From: Promethearchaeota archaeon
Lineage (GTDB): Archaea > Asgardarchaeota > Lokiarchaeia > Sigyniarchaeales > SOKP01
Assembly: GCA_016839585.1 (NCBI GenBank)
Contig: JAEOTZ010000006.1
Span: 1 to 18,518, forward strand
Reading direction: 5' to 3'
DNA length: 18,518 nt
Position 1 is the stretch's first letter. Each line of letters starts with the position of its first letter. The notes under the pieces were generated by a model. That model was not told the DNA's origin. It searched no databases and saw nothing but the letters and a program-made list of their open reading frames with translations. The position numbers were made by a program, and so were the translations under genes. This document shows positions 7,307-16,788 of this stretch, in pieces.

Positions 7307-9997
7307 TTATTTCTTTTGCTCTATAGTTGCTTGAGCAGCGGCAATTATAGCAACTGGAATTCTAAATGGAGAACAAGACACATAATCAAGTCCAATAGAA
7401 TGAGCAAATTTAACCGCGCTTGGCTCACCACCATGTTCTCCACATATACCACATTTTAAATCTGGTCTCGTTTTCTTGCCTAATTTTAGAGCCATTTTCA
7501 TCAGCTTCCCAACACCGTCTTGATCGAGAATTTCAAAAGGATTATTCTCTAATATCTCCTTGTTTAGGTAAATGGGGAGGAATTTTCCTTCGGCATCATC
7601 TCTTGAGAAGCCAAAGGTCATTTGTGTCAAGTCATTTGTCCCAAAAGAAAAGAACTCCGCTTCAATAGCGATTTCATCAGCAGTTAAGGCTGCTCGTGGT
7701 ATTTCAATCATTGTACCAAATTTATAATCTAAATCTACACCATAATCTTTAATTGTTTCCTCAGCTATTTGAAGTAATTGAGATTTAACATATTGTAATT
7801 CTGAAAGCATTCCTATTAATGGAATCATAACTTCGGGTATTACATTAGTTCCTTGTCGTTTAAGCTCACAAGCGGCTTGAAATATTGCTTTTACTTGCAT
7901 CTCATTAATCTCAGGCCATACAATTCCTAATCTACACCCTCTTAGACCCATCATGGGATTCTCCTCAGAGAGCGACCTGATCAAGCTAACAACTTTATTT
8001 TTCTTAGCAATTTCTTCATCGAGGGGTGTGATATCTAATAGAGATTTTGATAAAGCATTAGTTATTTTATACTCTTGAATTTCTAAAAGCATAGTAGATA
8101 ATTCAGGCAAAAATTCGTGTAATGGTGGATCTAAAAGTCTTATGGTTACTGGTTTTCCTTCCATTATTTTAAAAATTTCTAAGAAATCACCTTTTTGCAT
8201 AGGTAAAATTTTATCCAAGGCATCTTGACGATCTTCCATTGTTCTTGCCATTATCATTTTCTGCACAATTGGCAAGCGAGAAGGATCTAAGAACATATGC
8301 TCTGTCCGACAAAGTCCTATTCCCTCAGCACCAAATTCTATTGCTTTTTGTGCATCAGTAGGAGTATCTGCATTTGCCCGGACACCCAATCGTTTTATTG
8401 TATCACACATCTCTAATAATTCTAAAAATTCGCCTTTAATTTCTGGTTCTACTAAAGGTACTTTTCCTTCGATCACCCGTCCTAATGTTCCGTCAATGGT
8501 GAGCCAATCACCTTCGTTAACTACCATATCACCAACTCTAAATTCTTTATTTTCTTCATCAATTTCAACATCCTGTGCACCAACAACCGCAGGTTTACCC
8601 ATACCTCTAGCAACCACTGCAGCGTGGGATGTCTTACCACCGAATTGGGTTAAAACACCACTGGAAGCATATAAACCATGTACATCATCTGGTTTTGTTT
8701 GTGGTCGAACAAGAATTATTTCATTTTCTCCTTCATTTGCTAATTCTTCAGCTGTATCAGGGTCAAAAATAGCTATTCCAGAAACAGCTCCGGGAGAAGC
8801 GTTAATACCATGTGCTAGAACGTGTACTATTGAATTTTCATCGATGCTTTTAAATAATAATTTTGATATTTTCTTTGGATCTACACTCATAATAGCTTCT
8901 TCCTTTGAAAGCAAGCCTTCTTTAACCATATCAACAGCGATTTTTACAGCAGCAGAAGGAGTTCGTTTTCCATTTCGAGTTTGTAATAGATTTAACTTTC
9001 CATCTTCAATTGTAAATTCAATATCTTGCATATCCCTATAATGATTTTCCAACTTTTCCATTGTATTAATTAATTGTTTATATATTTTAGGAAATTCCTT
9101 CTTCATTTCATCTAGCTTCTTTGGTGTGCGAATTCCAGCAACAACATCCTCACCTTGAGCATTTGTTAAATACTCCCCAAATTTTATATTCTCTCCAGTT
9201 GATGGATCTCTTGTAAAGGCAACACCTGTCGCTGATTTCCATCCTTTATTACCAAATACCATCGCTTGAATATTAACTGCTGTTCCAAAATCTGGAATAT
9301 TATTTATTCTTCTGTACGTTATCGCTCTTCTATTATTCCATGATTTAAATACTGCTTCTATGGCAAGGAAAAGTTGGGTAAGGGGATCTTGAGGAAATGG
9401 TGATCCAATTTCTTTTTTATATAATGCTTTATAATCAGCTATTACTTTTTGTAGATCACTTACGCCTAGATCAGTATCTTGAGCATCACGGGAAATTGAT
9501 CTTTTATATTTATTCAAGATCCTTTCAAATGTCTCATCTCCAATATCCATGACCACATCACCAAACATTTGAATGAATCTCCTATAAGAATCATAAGCAA
9601 AACGGATGTTATCTGTTTGCTCACCTAAACCTTGTACACTTTGATTGTTAAGTCCAAGATTTAACACCGTATCCATCATCCCAGGCATGGACATTGGAGC
9701 ACCACTTCTTACACTAACTAATAGTGGATTTTTAACATCTCCGAATTTTTTTCCAGTATTTTTTTCTAAAGTTTTTAAATGTTCAATTATATCAGGCTTT
9801 AATTCGTCCATTACTTTTTCAGGATTATTAAAATAAAGTAAGCAAGCTTCTGTTGTAATTGTGAAACCAGGTGGAATACTTAGACCTAAATTTGTCATTT
9901 CTGCTAAATTAGCTCCTTTTCCACCAAGCAAATCTTTTAAATCCTTATTTCCTTCATTAAAATTATAGACAAATTTTTTATTTTCGCTGATTGTCAT
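7307..9997 (-). CDS. ppdK: Pyruvate, phosphate dikinase
   Basis: LLGGKGANLAEM, SVRSGAPMSMPGMMDT, GGKTSHAAVVAR (phospho-His), GIGLCRTEHMF, FSFGTNDLTQ, GICGEHGG; 896 aa. Confidence 0.98.
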   Translation of the reverse strand: MTISENKKFVYNFNEGNKDLKDLLGGKGANLAEMTNLGLSIPPGFTITTEACLLYFNNPEKVMDELKPDIIEHLKTLEKNTGKKFGDVKNPLLVSVRSGAPMSMPGMMDTVLNLGLNNQSVQGLGEQTDNIRFAYDSYRRFIQMFGDVVMDIGDETFERILNKYKRSISRDAQDTDLGVSDLQKVIADYKALYKKEIGSPFPQDPLTQLFLAIEAVFKSWNNRRAITYRRINNIPDFGTAVNIQAMVFGNKGWKSATGVAFTRDPSTGENIKFGEYLTNAQGEDVVAGIRTPKKLDEMKKEFPKIYKQLINTMEKLENHYRDMQDIEFTIEDGKLNLLQTRNGKRTPSAAVKIAVDMVKEGLLSKEEAIMSVDPKKISKLLFKSIDENSIVHVLAHGINASPGAVSGIAIFDPDTAEELANEGENEIILVRPQTKPDDVHGLYASSGVLTQFGGKTSHAAVVARGMGKPAVVGAQDVEIDEENKEFRVGDMVVNEGDWLTIDGTLGRVIEGKVPLVEPEIKGEFLELLEMCDTIKRLGVRANADTPTDAQKAIEFGAEGIGLCRTEHMFLDPSRLPIVQKMIMARTMEDRQDALDKILPMQKGDFLEIFKIMEGKPVTIRLLDPPLHEFLPELSTMLLEIQEYKITNALSKSLLDITPLDEEIAKKNKVVSLIRSLSEENPMMGLRGCRLGIVWPEINEMQVKAIFQAACELKRQGTNVIPEVMIPLIGMLSELQYVKSQLLQIAEETIKDYGVDLDYKFGTMIEIPRAALTADEIAIEAEFFSFGTNDLTQMTFGFSRDDAEGKFLPIYLNKEILENNPFEILDQDGVGKLMKMALKLGKKTRPDLKCGICGEHGGEPSAVKFAHSIGLDYVSCSPFRIPVAIIAAAQATIEQKK

Positions 9998-10160
9998 GGT
10001 TGATTACCAAAATACTTTACTCATCAGTTTTAGTTATCATTAAAACAAAGCAATTAGCTTTTATATTTTACGCAAATAACTTCAATTTTTAGTTAATTAT
10101 TTTAGTTTCAATTAAGAATTAAAATTTTCGAAAAGTATTGGATAAAAATAGGATTAAAAC

Positions 10161-10964
10161 TTATTTGAATTCATTTAAAAGCTCCCAGATTCCATTAATG
10201 ATAAAATCTGGTTTAAGTTCACTTTTATTTATCATATCCATTGTCATTTCACCAGATAAAACACAACAAGTAGTAACACCAGCTTTTATTCCCATTATTA
10301 TATCTGTATATAACCTATCTCCAAACATAACTGCATCCTCAGGAGAAACTCCTACTTGCTCTAACTTAAACAATAACATTTCTTTATTTGGTTTTCCGAA
10401 AACTCTAGGTGATCTTTCTGTTGCTTTATATAAAAGAGCGGCGATACCACCGGCATCTGGAATATAACCTTCTTCGGTTGGACATCTATTATCGAGATGT
10501 GTGGCAATATAGGGAAAATCTTCTTTCTGAAGTAAGTATGATGCTTTAACTAAACGATCATAAGTTAATTCTTGATCAAATGCAAGTACCAAAATTTCTG
10601 GATCCTCTTCAGTTAAATCAAATCCCTCCTGTCTAAATTCTTCTTTGAGAGATTGAGTTCCCATTAAAAAAATCTTCTTGTAATTATTCTTTTTTAAATA
10701 ATCGATTGTAGGATGTTGTGATAAAATGATATTTTCGCGCGAAACATCAAGATTAAAATTATTTAATTTTTTTAGATAATCAGTGGTAGATTTACTTGAA
10801 TTATTTGAGAGGAAATAAAATTTCTTCTTCTTATTTCTTAATATTTCAATTAAGTCGAGAACACCTTCGAATAATTTGTTACCTAAATAAATTGTGCCAT
10901 CTAAATCAAAAAAATAAACCAGTTTTTCTGTTAATTCAGATAAGTTATGATTGTGATTAGCCAT
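10161..10964 (-). CDS. HAD-superfamily subfamily IIA hydrolase (NagD-like phosphatase), 267 aa
   Basis: FDLDGT motif I, LSNNS motif II, GKP, GDRLYTDI motif IV. Start placed at ATG 10964; the ORF-track extension translates a T-rich spacer and overlaps SCP2. Confidence 0.9.
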   Translation of the reverse strand: MANHNHNLSELTEKLVYFFDLDGTIYLGNKLFEGVLDLIEILRNKKKKFYFLSNNSSKSTTDYLKKLNNFNLDVSRENIILSQHPTIDYLKKNNYKKIFLMGTQSLKEEFRQEGFDLTEEDPEILVLAFDQELTYDRLVKASYLLQKEDFPYIATHLDNRCPTEEGYIPDAGGIAALLYKATERSPRVFGKPNKEMLLFKLEQVGVSPEDAVMFGDRLYTDIIMGIKAGVTTCCVLSGEMTMDMINKSELKPDFIINGIWELLNEFK

Positions 10965-10991
10965 CTTAGAAATTAAAAATAATATAATATA

Positions 10992-11022
10992 GAATAAAAA
11001 AAGAAAAAAAAGTAAAAAAGAT
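10992..11022 (-). terminator. Oligo-T tracts downstream of the SCP2 gene (putative archaeal terminator)
   Basis: Several T5-T8 runs on the minus strand immediately after the SCP2 stop. Confidence 0.4.
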
Positions 11023-11031
11023 TTCTTTAAT

Positions 11032-11454
11032 TTAATAAAATTCTGTATCAAACATTGTAGTGCTAACTACTAGTTCTTGGGCTGCCCGTGTTGCCTTTAA
11101 AATTTTTGACATGTCACCTTTTAGCTTAAACTTACCAGCTAACAGCCCACGGATGGGATCTAGTTCTTTTTTTAAGACTTGTACCCATGCATCATAGGGT
11201 CCAGCATAAACATATTCTGTCTCTACTTCTTCTCCCTCTTTTAGGACTCTACATCCTGTACATTCACCATGATACAAGCCTACAAACATTTTTATTTCAT
11301 GATCTAAATTACCTGATGGTTCAACAACAAAGAGGAAATCTCCTTCCCACCCGTCTGGAGGAAATCCATCCGGTCCAGCTGCGTCTCTATAATTAGTATT
11401 ATTATTAACAGCCTTCATAAAAGCTTCTGCCCAATCTTCCGTTCCAAATTTCAT
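11032..11454 (-). CDS. SCP2 sterol/lipid-binding domain protein
   Basis: N-terminal FGTEDWAEAF…N…Y…AA…WEGDF and C-terminal SCP2 signature GPYDAWVQVLKKELDPIRGLLAGKFKLKGDM. Confidence 0.85.
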   Translation of the reverse strand: MKFGTEDWAEAFMKAVNNNTNYRDAAGPDGFPPDGWEGDFLFVVEPSGNLDHEIKMFVGLYHGECTGCRVLKEGEEVETEYVYAGPYDAWVQVLKKELDPIRGLLAGKFKLKGDMSKILKATRAAQELVVSTTMFDTEFY

Positions 11455-11586
11455 TTTTTGCCACTCAAGTTAAAGTTTTTATTTATAGTTTTGAATTTTT
11501 TATAATATATTTAATTTAGATTTATTTTTATAAATAATCTAATTTTTATCAAATATGGAATTTTAAAAAAAAATTTAATTCAGATT

Positions 11587-13290
11587 TTATTTGATCTCTC
11601 CTCTTTCCTTCATCTTTGCTATTTCTTCATCTTTAAGCTTTCTCTTAAAAATCTTCATAGCTAGAGTTAATGGCAGAGTTTTCCTAAATTCAATATATTT
11701 AGGGACTGCATATGGTGGAAATTTCTCTTTACAATATTCAATTATGTCATCGGTGGTAATTTTACCAAGAAATTTAGGATTTAATAGTATAAAAGCTTTT
11801 ACTCTTTCACTTCCAGGACGTTCAGGATCTGGGATTCCAATAATCGCTGCCTCGTTAACTGCTGGATGCTCATATAAAATATCTTCAAAAACGCGGGAAT
11901 ATACTTTCATTCCAGATACACTTATCATATCTTTAATTCGGTCTACTATATAGAAATAACCATCCTCATCCATTTTTCCAATATCACCTGTTGCTATCCA
12001 TCCATTTTCAGTAATTCCTTTACCAGGAGTAGGCCAATATCCTTTCATAAGTTGAGGACCTCGTACAATTATTTCTCCAGGTTCTCCGAATGGAACTTCT
12101 TCACCAGTATCTGGATCAACTAATTTAACGTCGGTATCAGGAACAGGTACACCAACACTTCTTTTGACTTCTGCCATAAATCCTGTAACTTTTGAAAGAC
12201 CAGAAAGATTTAAATGTGTTATCGCTGATTCAGTCATTCCATAACCCTCACCTAACGGTACACCTGTTTTTTTCTCAAATTTTTCAGCGATTTCAGGAGG
12301 AAGAGGTGCGGCGGCAGAATAATAAAAAATTGGCATCCTTGGTATATCTCTCTCAGCGAATATCATGTAATGAGTGGGAACCGCACAAACCATAAAAGGT
12401 CGATGTTTTTTTATTATATCTAAAATTCTATTAATATCCCTTGGGTCAACTAAAAACATATTCATAGCCATATAAATAGCAGCAAATGCCATCATATGTC
12501 CATATTGATGAAATATGGGAACACATATTACTAAAGAAGCTTTTCCTTTTATTCCTACTTCCAATGGTTTTATATACCACTGAAATGTCTGAATAATAGT
12601 TGTAGTAACATTATAATGAGTTAGCATTGTCCCCTTTGGAACACCTGTAGTACCTCCAGTGAAAGGTAATTCAGCAAGATCCTCCTTAGGATCTATCTCA
12701 ACATCAGGAGGATTTGGTTCACATTTGTTCATTAAATCTTCAAATAAAACTGCTCCGTATGTTTCTTTTATTTCCGGTAATGAATAATCAGGAAAAATGG
12801 GAACACGGGTATAAATCATAGTTTTAACATTTATTTTTTCTTTTATTTCATTAACCCGTTCAAGGCGTCTATATGAACAGATCACAGTTTCGGCTTTAGA
12901 TTCACCTAGTTCATATAATAAATCTGGAGCTTTATGCAGTATGCTTAGAGGAACATGAATTGCACCTATACGTAAAATTGCAAAATCACTAATTATATAC
13001 TGTGGACAATTTGGAAGTATAGTTGCAACTCTATCACCTTTTTTTATCCCTAAATCTGAAAGTGCTGTAGCAAATTTATCAACTTGTAATTTTAATTCTT
13101 CATAGGTTAATACATCATCCATAAAAGTAATAGCTTTGCTTTCAGGGAAGGTAGCTGCTGAGTCTTCAAGAAATTTATAAACTGATATTTCTGGATATGG
13201 GCCCATAGTTTCCTCGAGTTTAAAAGGTCCAAGCTTATAACTTTTCTTCCATGGTTTATCAGCATATGTTAATTTTTTTTCTGCTGTTAT
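11587..13290 (-). CDS. Long-chain fatty acid--CoA ligase (FadD-like, ANL superfamily); proposed ATA start
   Basis: FTGGTTGVPKG, EGYGMTE, TGDIG…DEDGYFYIVDRIKDMI, C-terminal Lys in LPLTLAMKIFKR. The proposed start ATA 13290 follows SD AAGGAGGGG. The ORF-track TTG 13353 lies inside AOR and upstream of the SD. Confidence 0.92.
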   Translation of the reverse strand: MTAEKKLTYADKPWKKSYKLGPFKLEETMGPYPEISVYKFLEDSAATFPESKAITFMDDVLTYEELKLQVDKFATALSDLGIKKGDRVATILPNCPQYIISDFAILRIGAIHVPLSILHKAPDLLYELGESKAETVICSYRRLERVNEIKEKINVKTMIYTRVPIFPDYSLPEIKETYGAVLFEDLMNKCEPNPPDVEIDPKEDLAELPFTGGTTGVPKGTMLTHYNVTTTIIQTFQWYIKPLEVGIKGKASLVICVPIFHQYGHMMAFAAIYMAMNMFLVDPRDINRILDIIKKHRPFMVCAVPTHYMIFAERDIPRMPIFYYSAAAPLPPEIAEKFEKKTGVPLGEGYGMTESAITHLNLSGLSKVTGFMAEVKRSVGVPVPDTDVKLVDPDTGEEVPFGEPGEIIVRGPQLMKGYWPTPGKGITENGWIATGDIGKMDEDGYFYIVDRIKDMISVSGMKVYSRVFEDILYEHPAVNEAAIIGIPDPERPGSERVKAFILLNPKFLGKITTDDIIEYCKEKFPPYAVPKYIEFRKTLPLTLAMKIFKRKLKDEEIAKMKERGEIK

Positions 13291-13296
13291 GTTTTT

Positions 13297-13305
13297 CCCC
13301 TCCTT
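13297..13305 (-). promoter_or_regulatory. Shine-Dalgarno motif AAGGAGGGG upstream of ATA 13290
   Basis: Minus strand reads agttaAAGGAGGGGaaaaacATAACAGCA. Confidence 0.7.
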
Positions 13306-13328
13306 TAACTGTGATTTAAATTCGAGTA

Positions 13329-15200
13329 TTAATAAATCTCCTGTATAACCCAATCTAATCCAAGATCTTTGAGTTTTTCTTGAGTTGGTTTACCAGTTTC
13401 TTTATCCCATCCACGATATTCATAATATGCATCCAAAAGAGGATCTAAATTTACTACATGCCCTTTAGCAGGACCTTCTGGTAATGGTTCTTCCAATAAG
13501 CGTGGTGGAAGTGTATCATCTGCTCTAGTTATTCCTTCTCTTATATTATATACTCTCGCGAGATTATAGAGTCGTTCACCTGTTATTGCAAAATCTGTAG
13601 CTGTAAAACTATAACCTAAAAGTTTTTCAATTAAGGATGCCCAATCTTCTGAGGATAAAACCATTCCCATAAATTTACAACCACCAATAGCATCAAAAAT
13701 ACCAAATGCATCTTCGAATTCCTTAACAACTCTGGTATCTTCAGGATTTTCTTTAAGTGAATCTCCTACCATAGCATTTTCAACGATCATAAAAGGCATA
13801 GCTAAAAATGCAGGACCCTCTATATATCCGGTAATGTGACACCCACCTCGATTTGCAGTAGCATATGCTAACCCCGTTATTTTAGCAGCTCTACTATCAT
13901 ATGCAGGAAGTTCTAATCCTTTAACTTGCATTGCAAACTTAATAGAGTCTTTTCCAAGTTTATTAGCCATGTTTCTCGTTCCCTCTGCTAGTAGATCTCC
14001 AACACCTTCTCTATTACCTATTTTTGGAATAAGATCTACAACAAGATCAGCATCACCAAAATTAAATTCAAGCCCGTCCGTATCTTCCTTAGTTAAAATT
14101 CCTTTCTCGAAACACTCCATTGCAAAACCAATAGTGTTTCCTGCAGAAATTACATCAAGTCCATACTCATTACAAAGAAAATGTGCTAAAGTAATTGCTT
14201 CTAAATTATCAACATCACACATAGTTCCCAAAGCTCCTAATGATTCATATTCAGGACCTTCACCTTTACTCTTATATTTTCCTTCCTTAATTTCAGCAAT
14301 TCTTCCACAAGCGATTGGGCATGCAAAACAGGGCTTTCTGCCAATAAGAATATTTTCATTAATTGCGGTTCCATTAATTTTATCTGCAGCTGGAAAGACA
14401 CCAGTTTGCCAGTTTCGCGTAGGTAATCCTCCCTTCACATTTACTAAATCAACCATAGTAGCTGTTCCAAATACTTCTAGAGTCATTTTTAATAAACTCT
14501 GATTGACCCAATCATATCTTTGCTTAGCCTCGGTTTTATATTCTTCTGGGTTTGCTACTTCAATTTTAGCATTTCCCTTAGATGCGATGGCTTTTACTTT
14601 TTTAGATCCCATTACTGCTCCTAACCCACATCTTCCAGCTGCTCGACCGTAATTAGGTTCATCACAATCATTCATTATTGCAGCATATTTAACTAGATTT
14701 TCTCCTCCAATCCCAATACATGCAACATTGAACTTATCCCCTAAATCTTCTTTAATTAATTTTGTAGTTTCTGATGTATTTTTACCCCATAAATGTGAAG
14801 CCTCTCTGAGTTCTGCCTTCCCATCCTCAGTAACAAGATAAACAGGTTTTGAAGAGATCCCTTCGAAAATAACTCCGTCAAAACCAGATCTTTTAAGATC
14901 TCTGCCCCAAAAACCAGCTGAATTCGCTTGTCCCCAGATACCAGTAAGAGGAGATCTAGCAACTACACTATATCTTCCGGTACTTGGAGAGGGAGTCCCT
15001 GTTAAAGGTCCAGTCATGAAAATTAACTTATTTTCTGGTCCTAATGGATCTATCCCCTTCTTTGTTTCTTTTAAAAGATACCATGTTGAAAGTGCGGCAC
15101 CTCCTAAGTACATTTTTAATGTTTCCTCATCAGGAAACTCTTCGCTAATCTTTCCGTTAGCTAAATCAACTCTTAAGATCTTTCCCATATAACCGTAAAT
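13329..15200 (-). CDS. aor: Aldehyde:ferredoxin oxidoreductase (tungstopterin family); proposed ATT start
   Basis: GKILRVDL, GRAAGRCGLGAVMGSK, CFACPIAC ([4Fe-4S]), GPEYE, NEYGLD, RGGCH, GGCKF. Extending from ATG 15188 to ATT 15200 restores the typical MYGYMGKILRVDL N-terminus. Confidence 0.95.
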   Translation of the reverse strand: MYGYMGKILRVDLANGKISEEFPDEETLKMYLGGAALSTWYLLKETKKGIDPLGPENKLIFMTGPLTGTPSPSTGRYSVVARSPLTGIWGQANSAGFWGRDLKRSGFDGVIFEGISSKPVYLVTEDGKAELREASHLWGKNTSETTKLIKEDLGDKFNVACIGIGGENLVKYAAIMNDCDEPNYGRAAGRCGLGAVMGSKKVKAIASKGNAKIEVANPEEYKTEAKQRYDWVNQSLLKMTLEVFGTATMVDLVNVKGGLPTRNWQTGVFPAADKINGTAINENILIGRKPCFACPIACGRIAEIKEGKYKSKGEGPEYESLGALGTMCDVDNLEAITLAHFLCNEYGLDVISAGNTIGFAMECFEKGILTKEDTDGLEFNFGDADLVVDLIPKIGNREGVGDLLAEGTRNMANKLGKDSIKFAMQVKGLELPAYDSRAAKITGLAYATANRGGCHITGYIEGPAFLAMPFMIVENAMVGDSLKENPEDTRVVKEFEDAFGIFDAIGGCKFMGMVLSSEDWASLIEKLLGYSFTATDFAITGERLYNLARVYNIREGITRADDTLPPRLLEEPLPEGPAKGHVVNLDPLLDAYYEYRGWDKETGKPTQEKLKDLGLDWVIQEIY

Positions 15201-15208
15201 ATTATTTA

Positions 15209-15214
15209 CACCTC
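15209..15214 (-). promoter_or_regulatory. Shine-Dalgarno motif GAGGTG, 8 nt upstream of ATT 15200
   Basis: Minus strand reads acttGAGGTGtaaataatATTTACGGTTATATG. Confidence 0.7.
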
Positions 15215-15480
15215 AAGTAAATTTTAATTTATTTCGAATTTTTTAATTTTTATTTAATGAATTGAAATAATTAATTCCTTTAATTATAAAACTATTTCTT
15301 TTTTTCAAAATAAGTATGAATTTTATTAGAACAAATAATTTGAAGTTTTTAATAGGATTAAGAGCTCTTTTTAAATTTGTTTTTAGAGAAATCTCAACAA
15401 ATTCTATTTTCACCTATAAAAAAATAAAAATAATTTAATCAAGATCCTAAAATAGAAGAAGTATTTTTTAAAAAATTTCT

Positions 15481-15490
15481 AAAAAAAAAA
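15481..15490 (-). terminator. T10 tract downstream of the DUF1512 gene
   Basis: A10 on the + strand, ~32 nt after the DUF1512 stop. Confidence 0.35.
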
Positions 15491-15522
15491 TAGAATTATT
15501 TACGAGATAATTGGAAGTTCAT

Positions 15523-16662
15523 TTAAACTCCAATTCCTATAGTATTTCCAATCCCTGCCACTATAACTTTGGTACCTTTTTCAGTTCTTTTACGGATAGC
15601 CATCTTTATTTTTTCTACGATGTTTGGAACTGATTGCGTTATTGGTCGCTTCATCGTTGTAATAGCATCTTCTAAAGATTGTTTACAAATTAGAGCATCT
15701 ATTGGAATGTCTTTTCCTGTAGTAGATTCTTCAATGTAATGTTTTTCAATTCCAATACCACCAATAGCAGCCCCTACTCCAATTGCTATAGATCCTGTCT
15801 TATCTCCAGTAAGTTTTAATCCAGCATCAATCATAATTATTCTAGATATAGAATCTCCGTGTTTCTTAACTAGATCTCTAATGACTTTTCCTGGTTTCCC
15901 AACAGTACCCCCTGGGCCTTTTGCACGAACAATATAAATCATTCTATCTTCAAAATTTAGCTCTTGAACAATAGTTTCTTTAACAATTTCTTGAGCTTCA
16001 ATGTTATCTTTCGAGATTTCTCTTAAAAAACTAGCTACAACAAGAGGACCAAGACCATCTCCAATAGGGCTCCCCTCCGAAAATGCTTTAGCAGCTAAAT
16101 AGAATGATTTTGCCATTGCTAAAATTAAACCCATTTGCATTGAAATTTGCATTAATAAAATCATTGATTTTGATTTTTTTCCTAAAATAAGATAATGTCT
16201 TACTAAGCGATAAATAAAATCTACCGCCATTACAGCCTCTAACAAGTTTTCTAGATTTGCTCTTTGAACACTATCAGCATTAGGAGCTAATATACCTACT
16301 TCTTCTTTAAATCGATTATCTCTCACATCTACAACATGATCAAATTTTGGTATAATCCCATAAGGATCAAGGGAAACTGGAGGTATTGTTACAAATGTTA
16401 TGAAATCTTCAAGTTTAAACATGAGATCTTTTTGTGTTTGTTTTTTATCGGCAAATTCCTTAAAATTAGTAAGCATTATCTCTTTACACTCATCGTTCCA
16501 TTTCTTAAGTTTATCTAGACCTACTTGAATTTCTTTCGCTGCCTTCCAACTTTGTATCTTTTGCCCATAGAAAATACTAACAAAGATCAATAAAAAGAAT
16601 AGCAAATTTATAATAATAGAAACCGGATCTGTGCCTCGATCGGCACCCCATTGATAAATCAT
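15523..16662 (-). CDS. DUF1512 family membrane protein
   Basis: N-terminal TM helix (IIINLLFFLLIFVSIFY), PVSLDPYGII, YRLVRHY, PIGDGLGPLV, VRAKGPGGTVGKPG, IDAGLK, C-terminal AGIGNTIGIG, all recalled as characteristic of archaeal DUF1512. Confidence 0.85.
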   Translation of the reverse strand: MIYQWGADRGTDPVSIIINLLFFLLIFVSIFYGQKIQSWKAAKEIQVGLDKLKKWNDECKEIMLTNFKEFADKKQTQKDLMFKLEDFITFVTIPPVSLDPYGIIPKFDHVVDVRDNRFKEEVGILAPNADSVQRANLENLLEAVMAVDFIYRLVRHYLILGKKSKSMILLMQISMQMGLILAMAKSFYLAAKAFSEGSPIGDGLGPLVVASFLREISKDNIEAQEIVKETIVQELNFEDRMIYIVRAKGPGGTVGKPGKVIRDLVKKHGDSISRIIMIDAGLKLTGDKTGSIAIGVGAAIGGIGIEKHYIEESTTGKDIPIDALICKQSLEDAITTMKRPITQSVPNIVEKIKMAIRKRTEKGTKVIVAGIGNTIGIGV

Positions 16663-16788
16663 TAATATATTTTCCCTAAACTTTAACTTAATAAAGAAAA
16701 CTTTAATCTATTATGTTTTTATAATAATAAAATTTATTTATTCTTTTCTATTATAAACAATAGAAAATTAGATGTTACTATTTTTTCT

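Noticed and set aside
7420-10467. Plus-strand ORFs within ppdK and the HAD gene
   Set aside because: Antisense to well-conserved genes, with no recognisable motifs.
10965-11051. Apparent signal/TM peptide (FLLFFLFLFYIILF) on the HAD ORF
   Set aside because: It translates a T-rich terminator-like spacer and overlaps the SCP2 stop.
11516-11542. Imperfect inverted repeat TTAGATTTATTT…AAATAATCTAA
   Set aside because: Almost all A/T in a very AT-rich spacer, so plausible by chance; no second copy seen.
13291-13353. TTG start at 13353 for the ligase
   Set aside because: Lies inside AOR, has no SD, and would translate through the obvious SD motif.
11187-14962. Small alternative ORFs inside the SCP2, ligase and AOR genes
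   Set aside because: Antisense or out-of-frame shadows.
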